Part shown: positions 9,554 through 20,000 of the stretch, in pieces
Position numbering within the stretch: position 1 is the first letter of the stretch
How the letters are laid out: every line of letters begins with the position of its first letter
DNA from: Planctomycetota bacterium
GTDB lineage: Bacteria; Planctomycetota; UBA8108; SXIK01
Assembly (NCBI GenBank): GCA_965223265.1
Contig: OZ244999.1
Span: forward strand, 3,168,001 to 3,232,000
Length of the DNA stretch: 64,000 bases
Reading direction: 5' to 3'
The notes under the pieces: generated by a model
What the model saw: only the letters and a program-made list of their open reading frames with translations
What the model was told of the DNA's origin: nothing
Databases searched by the model: none
Position numbers and translations under genes: made by a program

Positions 9554-12397
9554 TCAAGGCAGACAAGCATCGAAGCAGCCGTCGAATCGGCGACATGACA
9601 ATTCCAGCGTCGGCGCGGCGCTGCTGTCGAAAATGTGACGCAAAAGAAACAGGGCGTCGGCAAGGTCGACGGCCGAGTCCTCGTTGAGGTCGAGGCGAGA
9701 GCGATTTGCTTCGTCGCTGGAGCAGGGGCGATGTTCTGCGCCGGCGAAAAGACTGCGTAGGAGAACGACTGCATCGGTCACGTTGACGCGGCGGTCTTGA
9801 TTGATGTCGCCCGGTGCCTGGAGTCCACTTTCCAGTATTTGCGCATCGATCCACGCGGCGCGCGTCGTGACCCACGTCTTGAGATCGGCGATCAGATCTG
9901 GCCAGCCGCCGACCGGGCGAATGTTGTCCCAGCGCTCGAAGTTGCGCACCTGCGCCTCGTTGATCTCGGCAACAAGCGAATCGATGTGTGCTAAGAGATT
10001 CTCGTCCGAGGCAGGACCCTGCCGCCACTCGCGCCACCGCGACTGCGTGCGGCGCCAGAAGGCGGGATCAGAAAAGAGCCGGAACCACCACGACTGGTTC
10101 CACTTTCGCGACCAGCCCTCGGGGTTATCGAATCCGTCGGCGTGCGATACGACACCAAGTGCGATGTCGAAGTCCCAGATCGGACCCATGGACAGTTTGC
10201 CGTCTCGATCTTTGAACATGTACGTACTGAGAACGAGCGCGTCGGGGTTGCGCGCGAGTTCGATCAAAAGGAAGTGATCGATCCACGAGTCTACATCGAT
10301 GTACGACGCGTAGCCGTCCGGGTCTTCGAGACGGGATGAGCCAAGCGTCGCCGCGAACGCATCGACATAATCTTTGATCCACGCGGCCTGCGCCGTCGTG
10401 ATCTCGCTCTCCTTTGGATCGACGTACTGAATCTCGCGCCCGCCGGCGAAGAAGCCGACGTCGCCTGGGTCGCTGCGATCGATCTTCAGCAAATAGCCAC
10501 CACTTACCTCCGGTTCCGAATTCTCGAAAGGTTCGAGTTCCTCGACATCGACTCGACTCTTTCCGCGCTTGATCTTTTCCATGAACGCGTAGACACCGAG
10601 GTAGGTCTGGGAAGTCACCGTCGGGTCTCGCGTGTTGAGGAACAACTCAACGAATCTCGAACGCGGTGCGTAGCGTCCCACGGCTCGACTGAGACCGTAA
10701 ATGAACTGGTTGCGGATGAGCGTTTGGTCCGTATGCAGTGGGGGACTGAACAGAATCCAATCCGAATCCGACTCAAACCCGAGCATTGGGAAATTCGTGT
10801 CCTCTCCCTCCGAATCCCAGAGTTCGAGTGAATATTGGTTTCTTGGATCACCCTGGGAGCTCGACCCTCTGATCTTCAGTCCAGCGCTACCGACGTAGTG
10901 CGCGTTCCCCAGAGGGCGGCTGCGTCCACCGTTGTCGGTCGGGTCGACCACGACCATCAGTCCACGGGTAAATGATCGCGGTGTGACCCGATTGCCGAAC
11001 GTGCTGAAAACCACGATCGGAGTGTCGGAACTGAAGTCGACGAGCGCCAGATCGAGGATTGCGAAGTCGAAACGGACCACTGGGCTGCGAACCTGGCCGT
11101 CGACGAACGATCGTGCCGCGATGGTCGTGTTTTCCTCGATGGGAAGCGGCGCCGAATAAAGTAAGCCGTGGATCGTCGGTTCCGTTCCGTCGAGCGTGAA
11201 GCGAATCTCCGCGTTTGGCACCGAAGACGAGAGAGTGACTTCGAACGGCTCTGCATAGAGGCCGGTTTCATGCGATGAGCTGGGCGCCTCCGCGATGGTC
11301 TCGGCGCCGCGCGTGTTGTACCAGCCCGGAGATGGCGCGCCATAGAAAAGGTGTGACGTAGTGTCAATTTCGATTCGGCTCACGCTTTGAAGTTCGCAAG
11401 AGAACAGAAATGTCGGATTCACGGCTGCGGAGTTGAGGGCGTGGATGGCCAGGACGTTCTCTCCGGCGCGAAGCGATCCAAGGGCACGAGAGAGGTCGCG
11501 AGTTTGAAGCTGAAGCGCAGCCTCTGCGCCTCGTGATTTTGCTGCTTTCGAAGTTGCATTCAACGCATCTGGTGCCAGTTCGCGGAGGGCCTCTTCACCG
11601 TTGATGTAGGCGACGAAGCCGTCGTTGTATCGCAGGAGAACCTGAAGGGCTTCGAGCGTCGCGGGATCGTCGACTGTGAATGGGACACGGATAAACAGCG
11701 AGGCATTGACCCGGCGCATTTCAGCGGCAACATCCGTGGCGACGAGGTCGGCAAAGGTCGTGCTGCTTTGTTCATCGAAGCCGATCGGAGATGCGCCGAC
11801 TTGCCAATCGCTGTCGTCGAATCCGATCGTCGTCCAAGTTCGGTCCTCGCCGTCTTCGGGTGTCGGGATGCGAAACCGAACTTCATCTCCCTCCGAAACG
11901 AGAGTCGTCAATTCAGCCGACGTTTTCACTCCGTAGCTGACGTGCGAATAGAGGCGAGGGTACTCGGGGTCAAATGCAGAGCTGATGGACCCATCCGGGC
12001 GGACAAGTGCCAAATACTCTCCGCCTCGGCCGAGCTTGAAGTTCGTGTGCAACTCGCCTTCTGGATCTCTGCGGTCCTTTCCAGAGGCGAACACGACTCT
12101 ATACTCACCCGGCCCCAGGATGATCTCGGGGAGCATCCACTTTTGCGGCTCGTTCGCGCGGTCGGTCAGCGACCAGCCACCAAGTGATTCTACCGCGGTT
12201 CCGGTGTTGCCCACCTCAATCCAATCGGGGAAGTCCCCGTCGGCGTCTTGGATCGTGGCGGCATTGGCCGCCATGATCTCCGTGATGACGACGGCTGCAT
12301 CCAGCGGCTGGATCATGAGTCCGAGGAGCGCCAATGTGCCAGCCTTTCTCAAAAGACTGGTAAGCCAAGGGGCGCTCAATAGAGTTCGTTGTTGCAT
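9554..12397 (-). CDS. Secreted CotH-family kinase with lamin-tail, chitobiase/FN3-associated and C-terminal dockerin-like domains
   Basis: Signal peptide; VVITEIMAAN..DWIE (LTD); IRFTLDGTEP; KIRGSSS..GPIWDFD (CotH); PGDINQD..DLNEDSAVDLAD (dockerin-like). Track start is TTG 12409. Confidence 0.85.
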   Translation of the reverse strand: MQQRTLLSAPWLTSLLRKAGTLALLGLMIQPLDAAVVITEIMAANAATIQDADGDFPDWIEVGNTGTAVESLGGWSLTDRANEPQKWMLPEIILGPGEYRVVFASGKDRRDPEGELHTNFKLGRGGEYLALVRPDGSISSAFDPEYPRLYSHVSYGVKTSAELTTLVSEGDEVRFRIPTPEDGEDRTWTTIGFDDSDWQVGASPIGFDEQSSTTFADLVATDVAAEMRRVNASLFIRVPFTVDDPATLEALQVLLRYNDGFVAYINGEEALRELAPDALNATSKAAKSRGAEAALQLQTRDLSRALGSLRAGENVLAIHALNSAAVNPTFLFSCELQSVSRIEIDTTSHLFYGAPSPGWYNTRGAETIAEAPSSSHETGLYAEPFEVTLSSSVPNAEIRFTLDGTEPTIHGLLYSAPLPIEENTTIAARSFVDGQVRSPVVRFDFAILDLALVDFSSDTPIVVFSTFGNRVTPRSFTRGLMVVVDPTDNGGRSRPLGNAHYVGSAGLKIRGSSSQGDPRNQYSLELWDSEGEDTNFPMLGFESDSDWILFSPPLHTDQTLIRNQFIYGLSRAVGRYAPRSRFVELFLNTRDPTVTSQTYLGVYAFMEKIKRGKSRVDVEELEPFENSEPEVSGGYLLKIDRSDPGDVGFFAGGREIQYVDPKESEITTAQAAWIKDYVDAFAATLGSSRLEDPDGYASYIDVDSWIDHFLLIELARNPDALVLSTYMFKDRDGKLSMGPIWDFDIALGVVSHADGFDNPEGWSRKWNQSWWFRLFSDPAFWRRTQSRWREWRQGPASDENLLAHIDSLVAEINEAQVRNFERWDNIRPVGGWPDLIADLKTWVTTRAAWIDAQILESGLQAPGDINQDRRVNVTDAVVLLRSLFAGAEHRPCSSDEANRSRLDLNEDSAVDLADALFLLRHIFDSSAAPTLELSCRRFDGCFDACLP

Positions 12398-12526
12398 CGC
12401 ATGCTCCAAGCGCTTGCAGAGCGATCCCCCCGAGCTACTGGCGCCATCACTCTTCTATCGTATCCACCGCGGCGCACATCAACAGCTCAAAAACGTCCGT
12501 GCACCATAGCAACCGACAAGCGACGA

Positions 12527-13672
12527 CTATATGGCCGATGCGCTCAGGCGCATTCCCCCGGTGAACTTCTCGACCGCATCGCAGTTCCACTGGTACCCAA
12601 GACCAGGTCCGTCGGGAATGCAGATGCAGCCGTTGGCGTCGAACTCGACGGGCGTTGCGAGCAACTCTTCGACGTAGGGAGCCGGTGTGATGTACTCCAC
12701 CCAGCGAGCGTTGCCAGCGGCGGCGACCAGCTGGAGATCGGCGGCAAGGCCCACTGCAGTGTTCCAGCCGTGCGGTACGAACAGGATCGAGTGGTCGTCC
12801 GCGCACTGGGCAATACGGTGTTCCTCCGTGATGCCACCCACCTTAGTAACATCCGGCTGGATGTAGTCGACGGCCCGGCGTTCGATCCACTCCAGAAAGC
12901 TTTGGCGCCGCGTCAGCACTTCGCAGCTAGCGATGGGTACTGGAGAATGTTCGGTCAGGCGAATGTACCCCTCGATGTCGTCGGGGCGGAGCGCCTCTTC
13001 GAACCAAGCCACGTCGTAGTCGCTGAGCATGCGGGCAGTGTTGATGGCCCACTTGTAGCCATGCGGCCAGAAACCGTCTGAGCCACCTGCGTCCACCATG
13101 AGCTCGCAATCGGGGCCGATCGTCTCGCGTGCGGCTTTCACGATCGCTTCGTCCATCTGACGGCTGCGACGCCCGAATGGTCCCCAACCGATCTTGAACG
13201 CCTTGAATCCGCGCGCCAGCGCTGCTTCGAGGCGCTGCGACATCTCCGGCGGCTCTGCCATCAGGAGCGACCCGTAGGGCTTGGCGGTGTGCCGTAGCCG
13301 GCCGCCGAGTAAGCGGCTGATCGGTTGTCCCGTCACTTTTCCGAGTATGTCCCATAGTGCGACGTCGATGCCGGAAATCGCGTGCGTGACGGCGCCGCCG
13401 CGTCCTTGCCAGAACGACTGCTGATGGAGAGTTTCAGAGGTGGCAGCAGGATCCAGCGCGGAAGCACCGATCAGGAACGGCCGCACGACGTCGAGCGCCC
13501 CTTGAATGAGCTGGGCCGACGTGAACACGCTGCCGACGCCGGTGACGCCTTCGTCGGTCATCACCTCGACCAGAGTGTGGAGGTTGTTCTCCGAATCGAG
13601 GAACTTGCTGTCCCAACCGCCGTCTGGGGTCGCGCCTCTGAGTGGGAGAAGGCGCACGTCTTGTATCTTCAT
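12527..13672 (-). CDS. Mandelate racemase / muconate lactonizing enzyme family protein
   Basis: AISGIDVALWDILGK, FKAFKIGW (KxK), LMVDAG, WFEE, IQPDVTKVGG, PHGWN; likely start MKIQ at 13672. Confidence 0.9.
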   Translation of the reverse strand: MKIQDVRLLPLRGATPDGGWDSKFLDSENNLHTLVEVMTDEGVTGVGSVFTSAQLIQGALDVVRPFLIGASALDPAATSETLHQQSFWQGRGGAVTHAISGIDVALWDILGKVTGQPISRLLGGRLRHTAKPYGSLLMAEPPEMSQRLEAALARGFKAFKIGWGPFGRRSRQMDEAIVKAARETIGPDCELMVDAGGSDGFWPHGYKWAINTARMLSDYDVAWFEEALRPDDIEGYIRLTEHSPVPIASCEVLTRRQSFLEWIERRAVDYIQPDVTKVGGITEEHRIAQCADDHSILFVPHGWNTAVGLAADLQLVAAAGNARWVEYITPAPYVEELLATPVEFDANGCICIPDGPGLGYQWNCDAVEKFTGGMRLSASAI

Positions 13673-14026
13673 GAGGCACACTCGATGGGTTTTGTAGAGG
13701 GTCGGTAGAGTACCGTGGCGTGCAGTTCAGTGCCACCGCGATTAGCGAAGGATCGTGGACTCCTTTGGCCAGCGTCGACCGCGGCGGCGCAGGGGTCGCT
13801 AGAGCCCCATAACGTCGTCCCAAATTGGAACCGAGTGGTCGTGCGGAGGACACGGGTTGGAAGTTCTCCTCGTTGGCAGGAGGAATGGCCAATAGTTAGG
13901 TCGATGGCACAGTTTCTGCCACGTGTTTGGTATTTCTCCGACGACCCGCTCGTGGGCCAGGTCAAATCCATTGGCGCCGATTTCCCGCCGTGACGGGCAG
14001 GCCCAATCGCCAAGACAAGAGGAGCT

Positions 14027-14473
14027 ATGGAAAACTTAACGCCGCTTTGGGGACAACTCGAAGCCGAGGCTCTCGTTCTCAGTAGCGAAGCGGAATCCTT
14101 GCCGCTCGTAATCAACGCGTTCGAGGCTCGTCTGGCCGGGTTCGATCTGGGGATCGAAAGCCGCATCGAACTCGCTCATCGTGAAGTCTCCGGGTTTCGC
14201 GATGAAGTCGACGTTCAGGACGTGACCACCTTCCTGCGCTTTTGCTGGGCCAACGGGCAGTGGGGTCTTTGGGTGCAAGAAGTCTGCTCGGACGGGGAGA
14301 GGCAACCGGTATTGGAAGGTCCGATCCGCCGGCTCGCTGACTGCCCACGCAACGTCCAAATCGATGCGATCTCCCGTTTCTCGGCACTCCTCACTAGCCT
14401 TGAGCGTGAAGCGCAATCGAAGACGAAGACCATTCGGTCGGCGAAGACGCAGCTCGGGATGGGCTCAGCGTAA
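14027..14473 (+). CDS. Hypothetical protein
   Basis: 148 aa ORF with AGAGGAG RBS and ATG; helical termini flank a beta region (FLRFCWANGQWGLWV); no family recognised. Confidence 0.7.
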   Translation: MENLTPLWGQLEAEALVLSSEAESLPLVINAFEARLAGFDLGIESRIELAHREVSGFRDEVDVQDVTTFLRFCWANGQWGLWVQEVCSDGERQPVLEGPIRRLADCPRNVQIDAISRFSALLTSLEREAQSKTKTIRSAKTQLGMGSA

Positions 14474-14534
14474 GACAGAGACCGCCAACTGCTGGCGTCT
14501 CGAAAACTCCCCCGCTATTGCAGGGAGCTCGCTT

Positions 14535-16880
14535 CTACTCGCACGGTGGGAAGCTAGTGCAGCTCAAATCGTCGCTTGTCGGATCGAAGCCGCATTCCGT
14601 AAATGGCGGACCTGGCGCCTCGCCGCTGACGAAGAGGTGGTTGAGGAGGAAGACCGCGGCGGCGAGATCAAGAACGCCGTCGTCGTTGGTGTCTGCCGAC
14701 TTTAGGCAGGACGGTTCCTCGCCGCTGGCGAACAGGTGCTTGAGCGTAAAGATGGGATCGCTGAGGTCAACGACCGCATCGGCGTTGGAATCACCTCGCC
14801 GGAATCTCGTGGTCTGACCACACTGAGCGGCACACTCGGGGTCAGCGCAGTCGACCAGAAGATCACCATCGTCGTCGAAGCCGTTGTCGCAGATCTCGAT
14901 GCTTTCACTCGTGCAAGGGAACTCGGTCAGAGGGCGTTGACGACCATGAAAGATCCAGTCCGGGAAGAACTCAGGGACGCTCGTGATGCGTTCCCCTTCG
15001 ATCTCGAGACCGAGGGAGAAACCCCAAGTGTCGGAGGCGATGGCGGCGTCAGATGCGTTGAAAGTGCCGACGAGAATGCGATGCATGCCAGGGACAATCG
15101 TGGCGTTTGCTGTGTATTCGCAGACCTCGCGGACACCACATTGATTGCGATTGAACACGAGTTGGTCGTCAATCCACACCTGGCCGCCATCGTCGAACGC
15201 CATGCAGAGTCCGATCTCGACGGGGTCGCGACCAGTGTATTCGATGTAGGTAGCGGCAAAGCTGACAGCGCCTTCCGGCTCAAGAAAACCAGGATCGCGC
15301 GTCAGGTCGGTGTCGCCGGTGTCAGGGGTGTCGTCATTGAGAAGACGCCAAAACGGCAATTCGTCCTCGGCGGTCGGACCGATGTAGCCAAACGAAACCG
15401 CCTCGTCCGGCGAGTAGCCGATGCGGTCGCCAAGGCGTGGGTACTGGCATTCGATGCGCGTGGGCGCAACGTAGTTGCGTAGTAGGTCGGAGTCGCGCTC
15501 GCGGCCGTTGCATTGGATGGTCTGAGTGAATGGACCCAGAACGAGCCAATTTTTGGTCGCGATGAAGCCGCTCTCATCGGTGCGCTCGGGGTGGCAGCAG
15601 TCGATTTCGGCGGCTTCGTTCTCGATGCACACTTCGTTGAGTGGCGTCGGTAGGTCCCCGCGAGCGAAAACCGTCGACGTGGTATTCCCCGGGACGGTGC
15701 GAGCGAGATCACCGTTGATGAAAATCGAGAGTACCTGTTCGCTGTCGGCATTGAGGGGGTTGCGCCACTGTAGCTCGATCCCTCCGTCGGGCCGGCGCAG
15801 ACACCGGTCGATCGAAACTGGATCCAGGCGCTTTAGGCGACAGCAATCCGAAAGACCGCTCGCATTCAAGACGCAAAGTTCGAACTCTCCATTTGCAGGA
15901 AGTTCACGGTTTGCCACAACGGCGGTCGTCGCGTCACCTGCCACTGACATCACCTCGCGTTCGTCGATGCGAATCGAGATGCCTTGGTTGGCGGCCGCCC
16001 CATCGGGGTTGCGCCAATTCACCGCGAGGTTGCCGGTGCGCTGCATTTGACAACCTTCTAAGGTGACGGGGAAGACGACACGCGAGCAGTTTGGCTCGAC
16101 GAGACCGTCTGGGCGCGAGATGCCATGGAACGTCCAACCCGGAGTTGAATCAGTGATCGGGACGCCACGGCGACGCAGTCCGAAGGTCACTCCCCAAGAC
16201 TCTCTGCCGCCGATCGATGCCACTGCCACGCGGTGCACTCCAGGAGTTACGCGCATGGCTCTGATGTTTTGACAGAGCTCACGTCGTCGGCACTCGATGT
16301 TGTTCAGTACGAGCTCGCGGTCCCACCAGAGCTGCGCACCGTCGTCGGCGCCAACGCAAAGTTCGACGTCGATCGGCTCGGCTCCAGAGTACTCGACATA
16401 AGTCACGAGCCAACTCACCACGTCGGCACACTGATGGTCCTCACCGCGACCGCATCGATAGCCCGTATCGGCGTTCAGATTGTTGTCGCCGTTGTCGCTG
16501 CCGTCATCGAATTGACGCCAGAGCGGCAAGAAACTGTCACTGAGCGGGCCAATGTACTCGATCGAAGCAGCCTCGAATGGGTCATAGTCTGCTTCGTCAC
16601 CAAGTCGAGGAAAAGCACATGGGATGGCCGTAGGGGCGACAAAGTTCTGCATCAGTGCGTCGGCCGAGTCGCTGCACGCGACCGCATGGCGAAACGGTCC
16701 GAGAACGAGCCATTGACTGGAATGAATCAACCCATCACCGTCGACGACCTGCTGCGCGTTGGCTGGCGGTCCAAAGAATGTGGTCGCACAACCGAGAGCG
16801 ACTGCGATCAGTAGCGTTCGTCGATTCGGCCGCCCCCGGCGTTCGTGCTGCAGCGTCGCTCTCTTCTCTCTTGCTGACAT
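14535..16880 (-). CDS. Secreted Cys-rich modular protein: two PA14-like beta-sandwich units, two FN3-like repeats, Cys-rich Ca-binding repeat, C-terminal dockerin-like domain
   Basis: Duplicated WLVLGPF..PRLGD..TY(V/I)EY..DDG units; two WRNP..CC repeats; EICDNGFDDDGD..DCADPEC; FRRGDSNAD..DTNDDG. Start uncertain (track 17012). Confidence 0.7.
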   Translation of the reverse strand: MSAREKRATLQHERRGRPNRRTLLIAVALGCATTFFGPPANAQQVVDGDGLIHSSQWLVLGPFRHAVACSDSADALMQNFVAPTAIPCAFPRLGDEADYDPFEAASIEYIGPLSDSFLPLWRQFDDGSDNGDNNLNADTGYRCGRGEDHQCADVVSWLVTYVEYSGAEPIDVELCVGADDGAQLWWDRELVLNNIECRRRELCQNIRAMRVTPGVHRVAVASIGGRESWGVTFGLRRRGVPITDSTPGWTFHGISRPDGLVEPNCSRVVFPVTLEGCQMQRTGNLAVNWRNPDGAAANQGISIRIDEREVMSVAGDATTAVVANRELPANGEFELCVLNASGLSDCCRLKRLDPVSIDRCLRRPDGGIELQWRNPLNADSEQVLSIFINGDLARTVPGNTTSTVFARGDLPTPLNEVCIENEAAEIDCCHPERTDESGFIATKNWLVLGPFTQTIQCNGRERDSDLLRNYVAPTRIECQYPRLGDRIGYSPDEAVSFGYIGPTAEDELPFWRLLNDDTPDTGDTDLTRDPGFLEPEGAVSFAATYIEYTGRDPVEIGLCMAFDDGGQVWIDDQLVFNRNQCGVREVCEYTANATIVPGMHRILVGTFNASDAAIASDTWGFSLGLEIEGERITSVPEFFPDWIFHGRQRPLTEFPCTSESIEICDNGFDDDGDLLVDCADPECAAQCGQTTRFRRGDSNADAVVDLSDPIFTLKHLFASGEEPSCLKSADTNDDGVLDLAAAVFLLNHLFVSGEAPGPPFTECGFDPTSDDLSCTSFPPCE

Positions 16881-17039
16881 GGGTACTATCCTACTCGAAG
16901 GACGCGTCCAGGTCATAACTCCGAACGTCTTTGAAGTGCTCAAGCGGTTCTTTGTGTCTGTTCTGTAGCCGACCAGTCTTGGCGTCGGCCGGGTTCTGAC
17001 TTCATCGCGCATGCTTGGTCGTCTCTAGCTTGCTTGTAC

Positions 17040-20000
17040 CTATGGGCAAAAGCTATCCCCCGTGCAGTCGAGGTCATCCGTCGTTGGATCCGGGCCGCAG
17101 CTGAGCGAGGGTGGTGGCAACCCAGCGTGCCCTGCGAAGAGGTGGAGCAACATCCGCACCGCGTCGGTCACGTTGATGCGGCCGTCGTCATTGGCGTCTA
17201 TAGCTTTAGCGCACAAGGGGGGTGGGGCGGATCGGAAGAGGTAGGAAAGCGTGGTCATCACATCCTCGACCGAGATTTCACCATCGCCGTCGACGTCGCC
17301 GCGTTTGAACTTCGTCTCCGGCATCGAGGTGTCCAGCCCCCTGGAGTAGCTCGACACTACAGCGCCGCCGATGCGAAGAAAGTTTTCGTCAAGATACGTT
17401 ACTTGGGGCTCAATTGCCTCGCGCGGTTCTGGAGCGATGATTTCGACGATCGCGATTCCCTGCGCCGCGGGCAGATCGACGTGGGCAGGTAGATGGATCC
17501 AATAACTGATTCGTTGGTTGTGCCGGAACGCCGAATAGACCAGATCCTGGTAGAGCGTCACGTTTCGTTCAGCGTTCGGCCATCGCAGTGTCGCACTCTC
17601 TAGCGCGGCGATGCCTACATCTTTGTGCGGTTCTGGCTGGAATCGCTCGAGGAGAGAAAACGCACCGTGATCTTCGGTCTCCACCTCGATGCGCCAGAGC
17701 GGCAGTCCTGCAAGGCTGCACGAGGTGTACTGGATCTGTTCAAATGACTCCCCTTCGGTAAGGCTTGCATTCAGTCGCACCTGCCCTGACCTGATGGCTT
17801 CGTTGAGGCTCAAGGCCTCGAGCGCGCTCGAGCCGCCAAGGTCGAACTGAAGACCACTGAGCTCCAGGTCGAGAACGGCCCCGGAGTTCAATGTGAAGCT
17901 TTGATGAAAATCGAAGCGTACCGTTGCCTGACGGTCGCCGGATCCCGCTACGATGACGACATCCGCGAGACCCGGAGACGTGGGCGTCGCGACCTCTTGC
18001 CGCGGTCCGAACTGAACCGCCTCAATGAGGTCGATTTCGAATGCGTTCTCGTCGCTGGGCAGCAGAAACTCGCCGACACGAAAGCGCACGATGCTCTTGA
18101 GTTCGAAATCGCGCCGAGATCCGCGGCCCGTTCCAAAGAGGGCACACATCTCCGCGTCGGGCGCAGCTGTGAGGGTGAACGTGGGTCTTGGGATGGGCGG
18201 TGTTGGCAGAAGGAACGGGCGTACTTGTTTGACTGCCAGCTCCCCCGTTTGCGTCACCTTGAACTCGACTTCAAGAAGAACGTCGCGGCGATCGAACGCT
18301 CCCAGCGCCAACGGGAGGTTTTCGTCAATGTGCGCAAGCAGTGCGCCGAGTTCTCTCAGTTCGTCGTCTGAGAGCACGTGTGCGCCGGGTTCGGCGAGTG
18401 AGGACGAACGCGCTCGGACGATCTCCTCGACAGCGCCGTTTTCGATGCGAAGTAGCGACCGTTCGGTCGTGGTGCCGGGCTCTGGCGTGACGACGCTCTC
18501 CTCGCCGATCTGCGCCACGACCACGAAACGGCGTTCGTTCGTTTGCGTGGGATTGCCGGTCAGGGCGACGCCGTTCGCTCGTTCGTCCGTGAACGCTTTC
18601 GTCGCAAGGATCGCCATTGCGGCTCGGTTCTGCGGCACCGAGAAAAACTCTCGCTCCTCGAAAGCTCGGTAGTTCCATAGACTTGCCCACACTCTCTTCA
18701 AGGCACGGGCGATCCCACGCTCGTTGTCACGTTTGGAATCGCAGAGCGAAGGGCCGCGCGCATCGGAATCGAGGTCGTCCGCAGCGCATGCTGAAGTTGA
18801 GTCGTAAAGCCCCGCGCCGTTGAACTCGAGGGCGTCCTCGACGTTGGACGACGATCGAATACGGATTCGATCGCTCGTGGTTCCAAAGACCTCACCGATG
18901 CGTGTAGCAAGACGGCCGACCAAGTCAGGATCGACGATGCCTTGCTCGTTGGCATGATCCCGAAAGGCCTCGAGTGCACGGAAGCGAAATCCAGGGTCAC
19001 TTTGAAACAGAGCGCTGTTGAAGAGCTCGTCGAGGTAGGACTCATAGGTGACCGTGCGGTTCGGATCGAGGGCGGAAGGCATCAAGTTCGTCCGCATGAA
19101 CTCGACGTAGTATCGAAGCGGAACAGAGAATCCCGGCGCACGATAGCGGCTGTATTGACCGCTGAGGATCGATTGCAGCCTCGAAAAGTGGGAAGCCTTA
19201 CCGCCGAAGCGGCTTTCGGAAGCGTTCGGCCCCTCGAGGATGTCGTCGGCCGCGATCGCCAGGAGATCAGGCAGGTCCCCGAACGTAAAGTCGACGTTCG
19301 GCTCCAAGGACAGCCGCGGACGACTCGCCTGCCAAAATGCATCTGCCTCCTGAAAAGTGGCGATTTCGACGGTGAATCCGGAGAGCGTGACGTCGAGGCG
19401 TACAAGCTCGCCTTCGAATTCGATGAATCGCGCCGACGCAGCTTCGACAAACGCGTTGGGAGTCCCACGGCGTGCGGTCCGTACCGCCAAGTGACTCAAT
19501 TCGGTCTGGGGCTCCTGCGTGATCACGCCGCCGACGACGCCTTCGATGTCGCGCGGCGCCTCTTCCAACACGAGGATGTCCTGAAAGCTGAAGCGGCCGT
19601 TCTCGTTCAGAGCAGCGAAGCTTTCCGCATCGAGACGTCGAACGCGCCCGAACGTGGCCCCGGTCGTGTAGGCTTCGAATCGTCCAGTTTCGATCTGGTG
19701 TTCGAAGTCGATCGGAAATGGCGCTGACGTCCACTGACGTGCGACTGCGATGGCCGCAGCGTTCGTCGGCGCGTAAACGAGCGGCTCGAGTTCGAAGGCA
19801 TCGCTAAGCCGCGTGAAGATTGCCGTCATCTCCTCAAGCGTCAGCGCCTCGATCGACGAAAAATCGGCGAAGACGTTGAAGCCGAAGGTCGTCTCGCCGT
19901 CGCGAGTGAACCGTGTAATGCTGCCGACGAAGTAGTCGCGTGTCGCCCGACGACCGACGAGACGATCGTACTCCTCGACGCCGAGTGCCGGGAAACGCTC

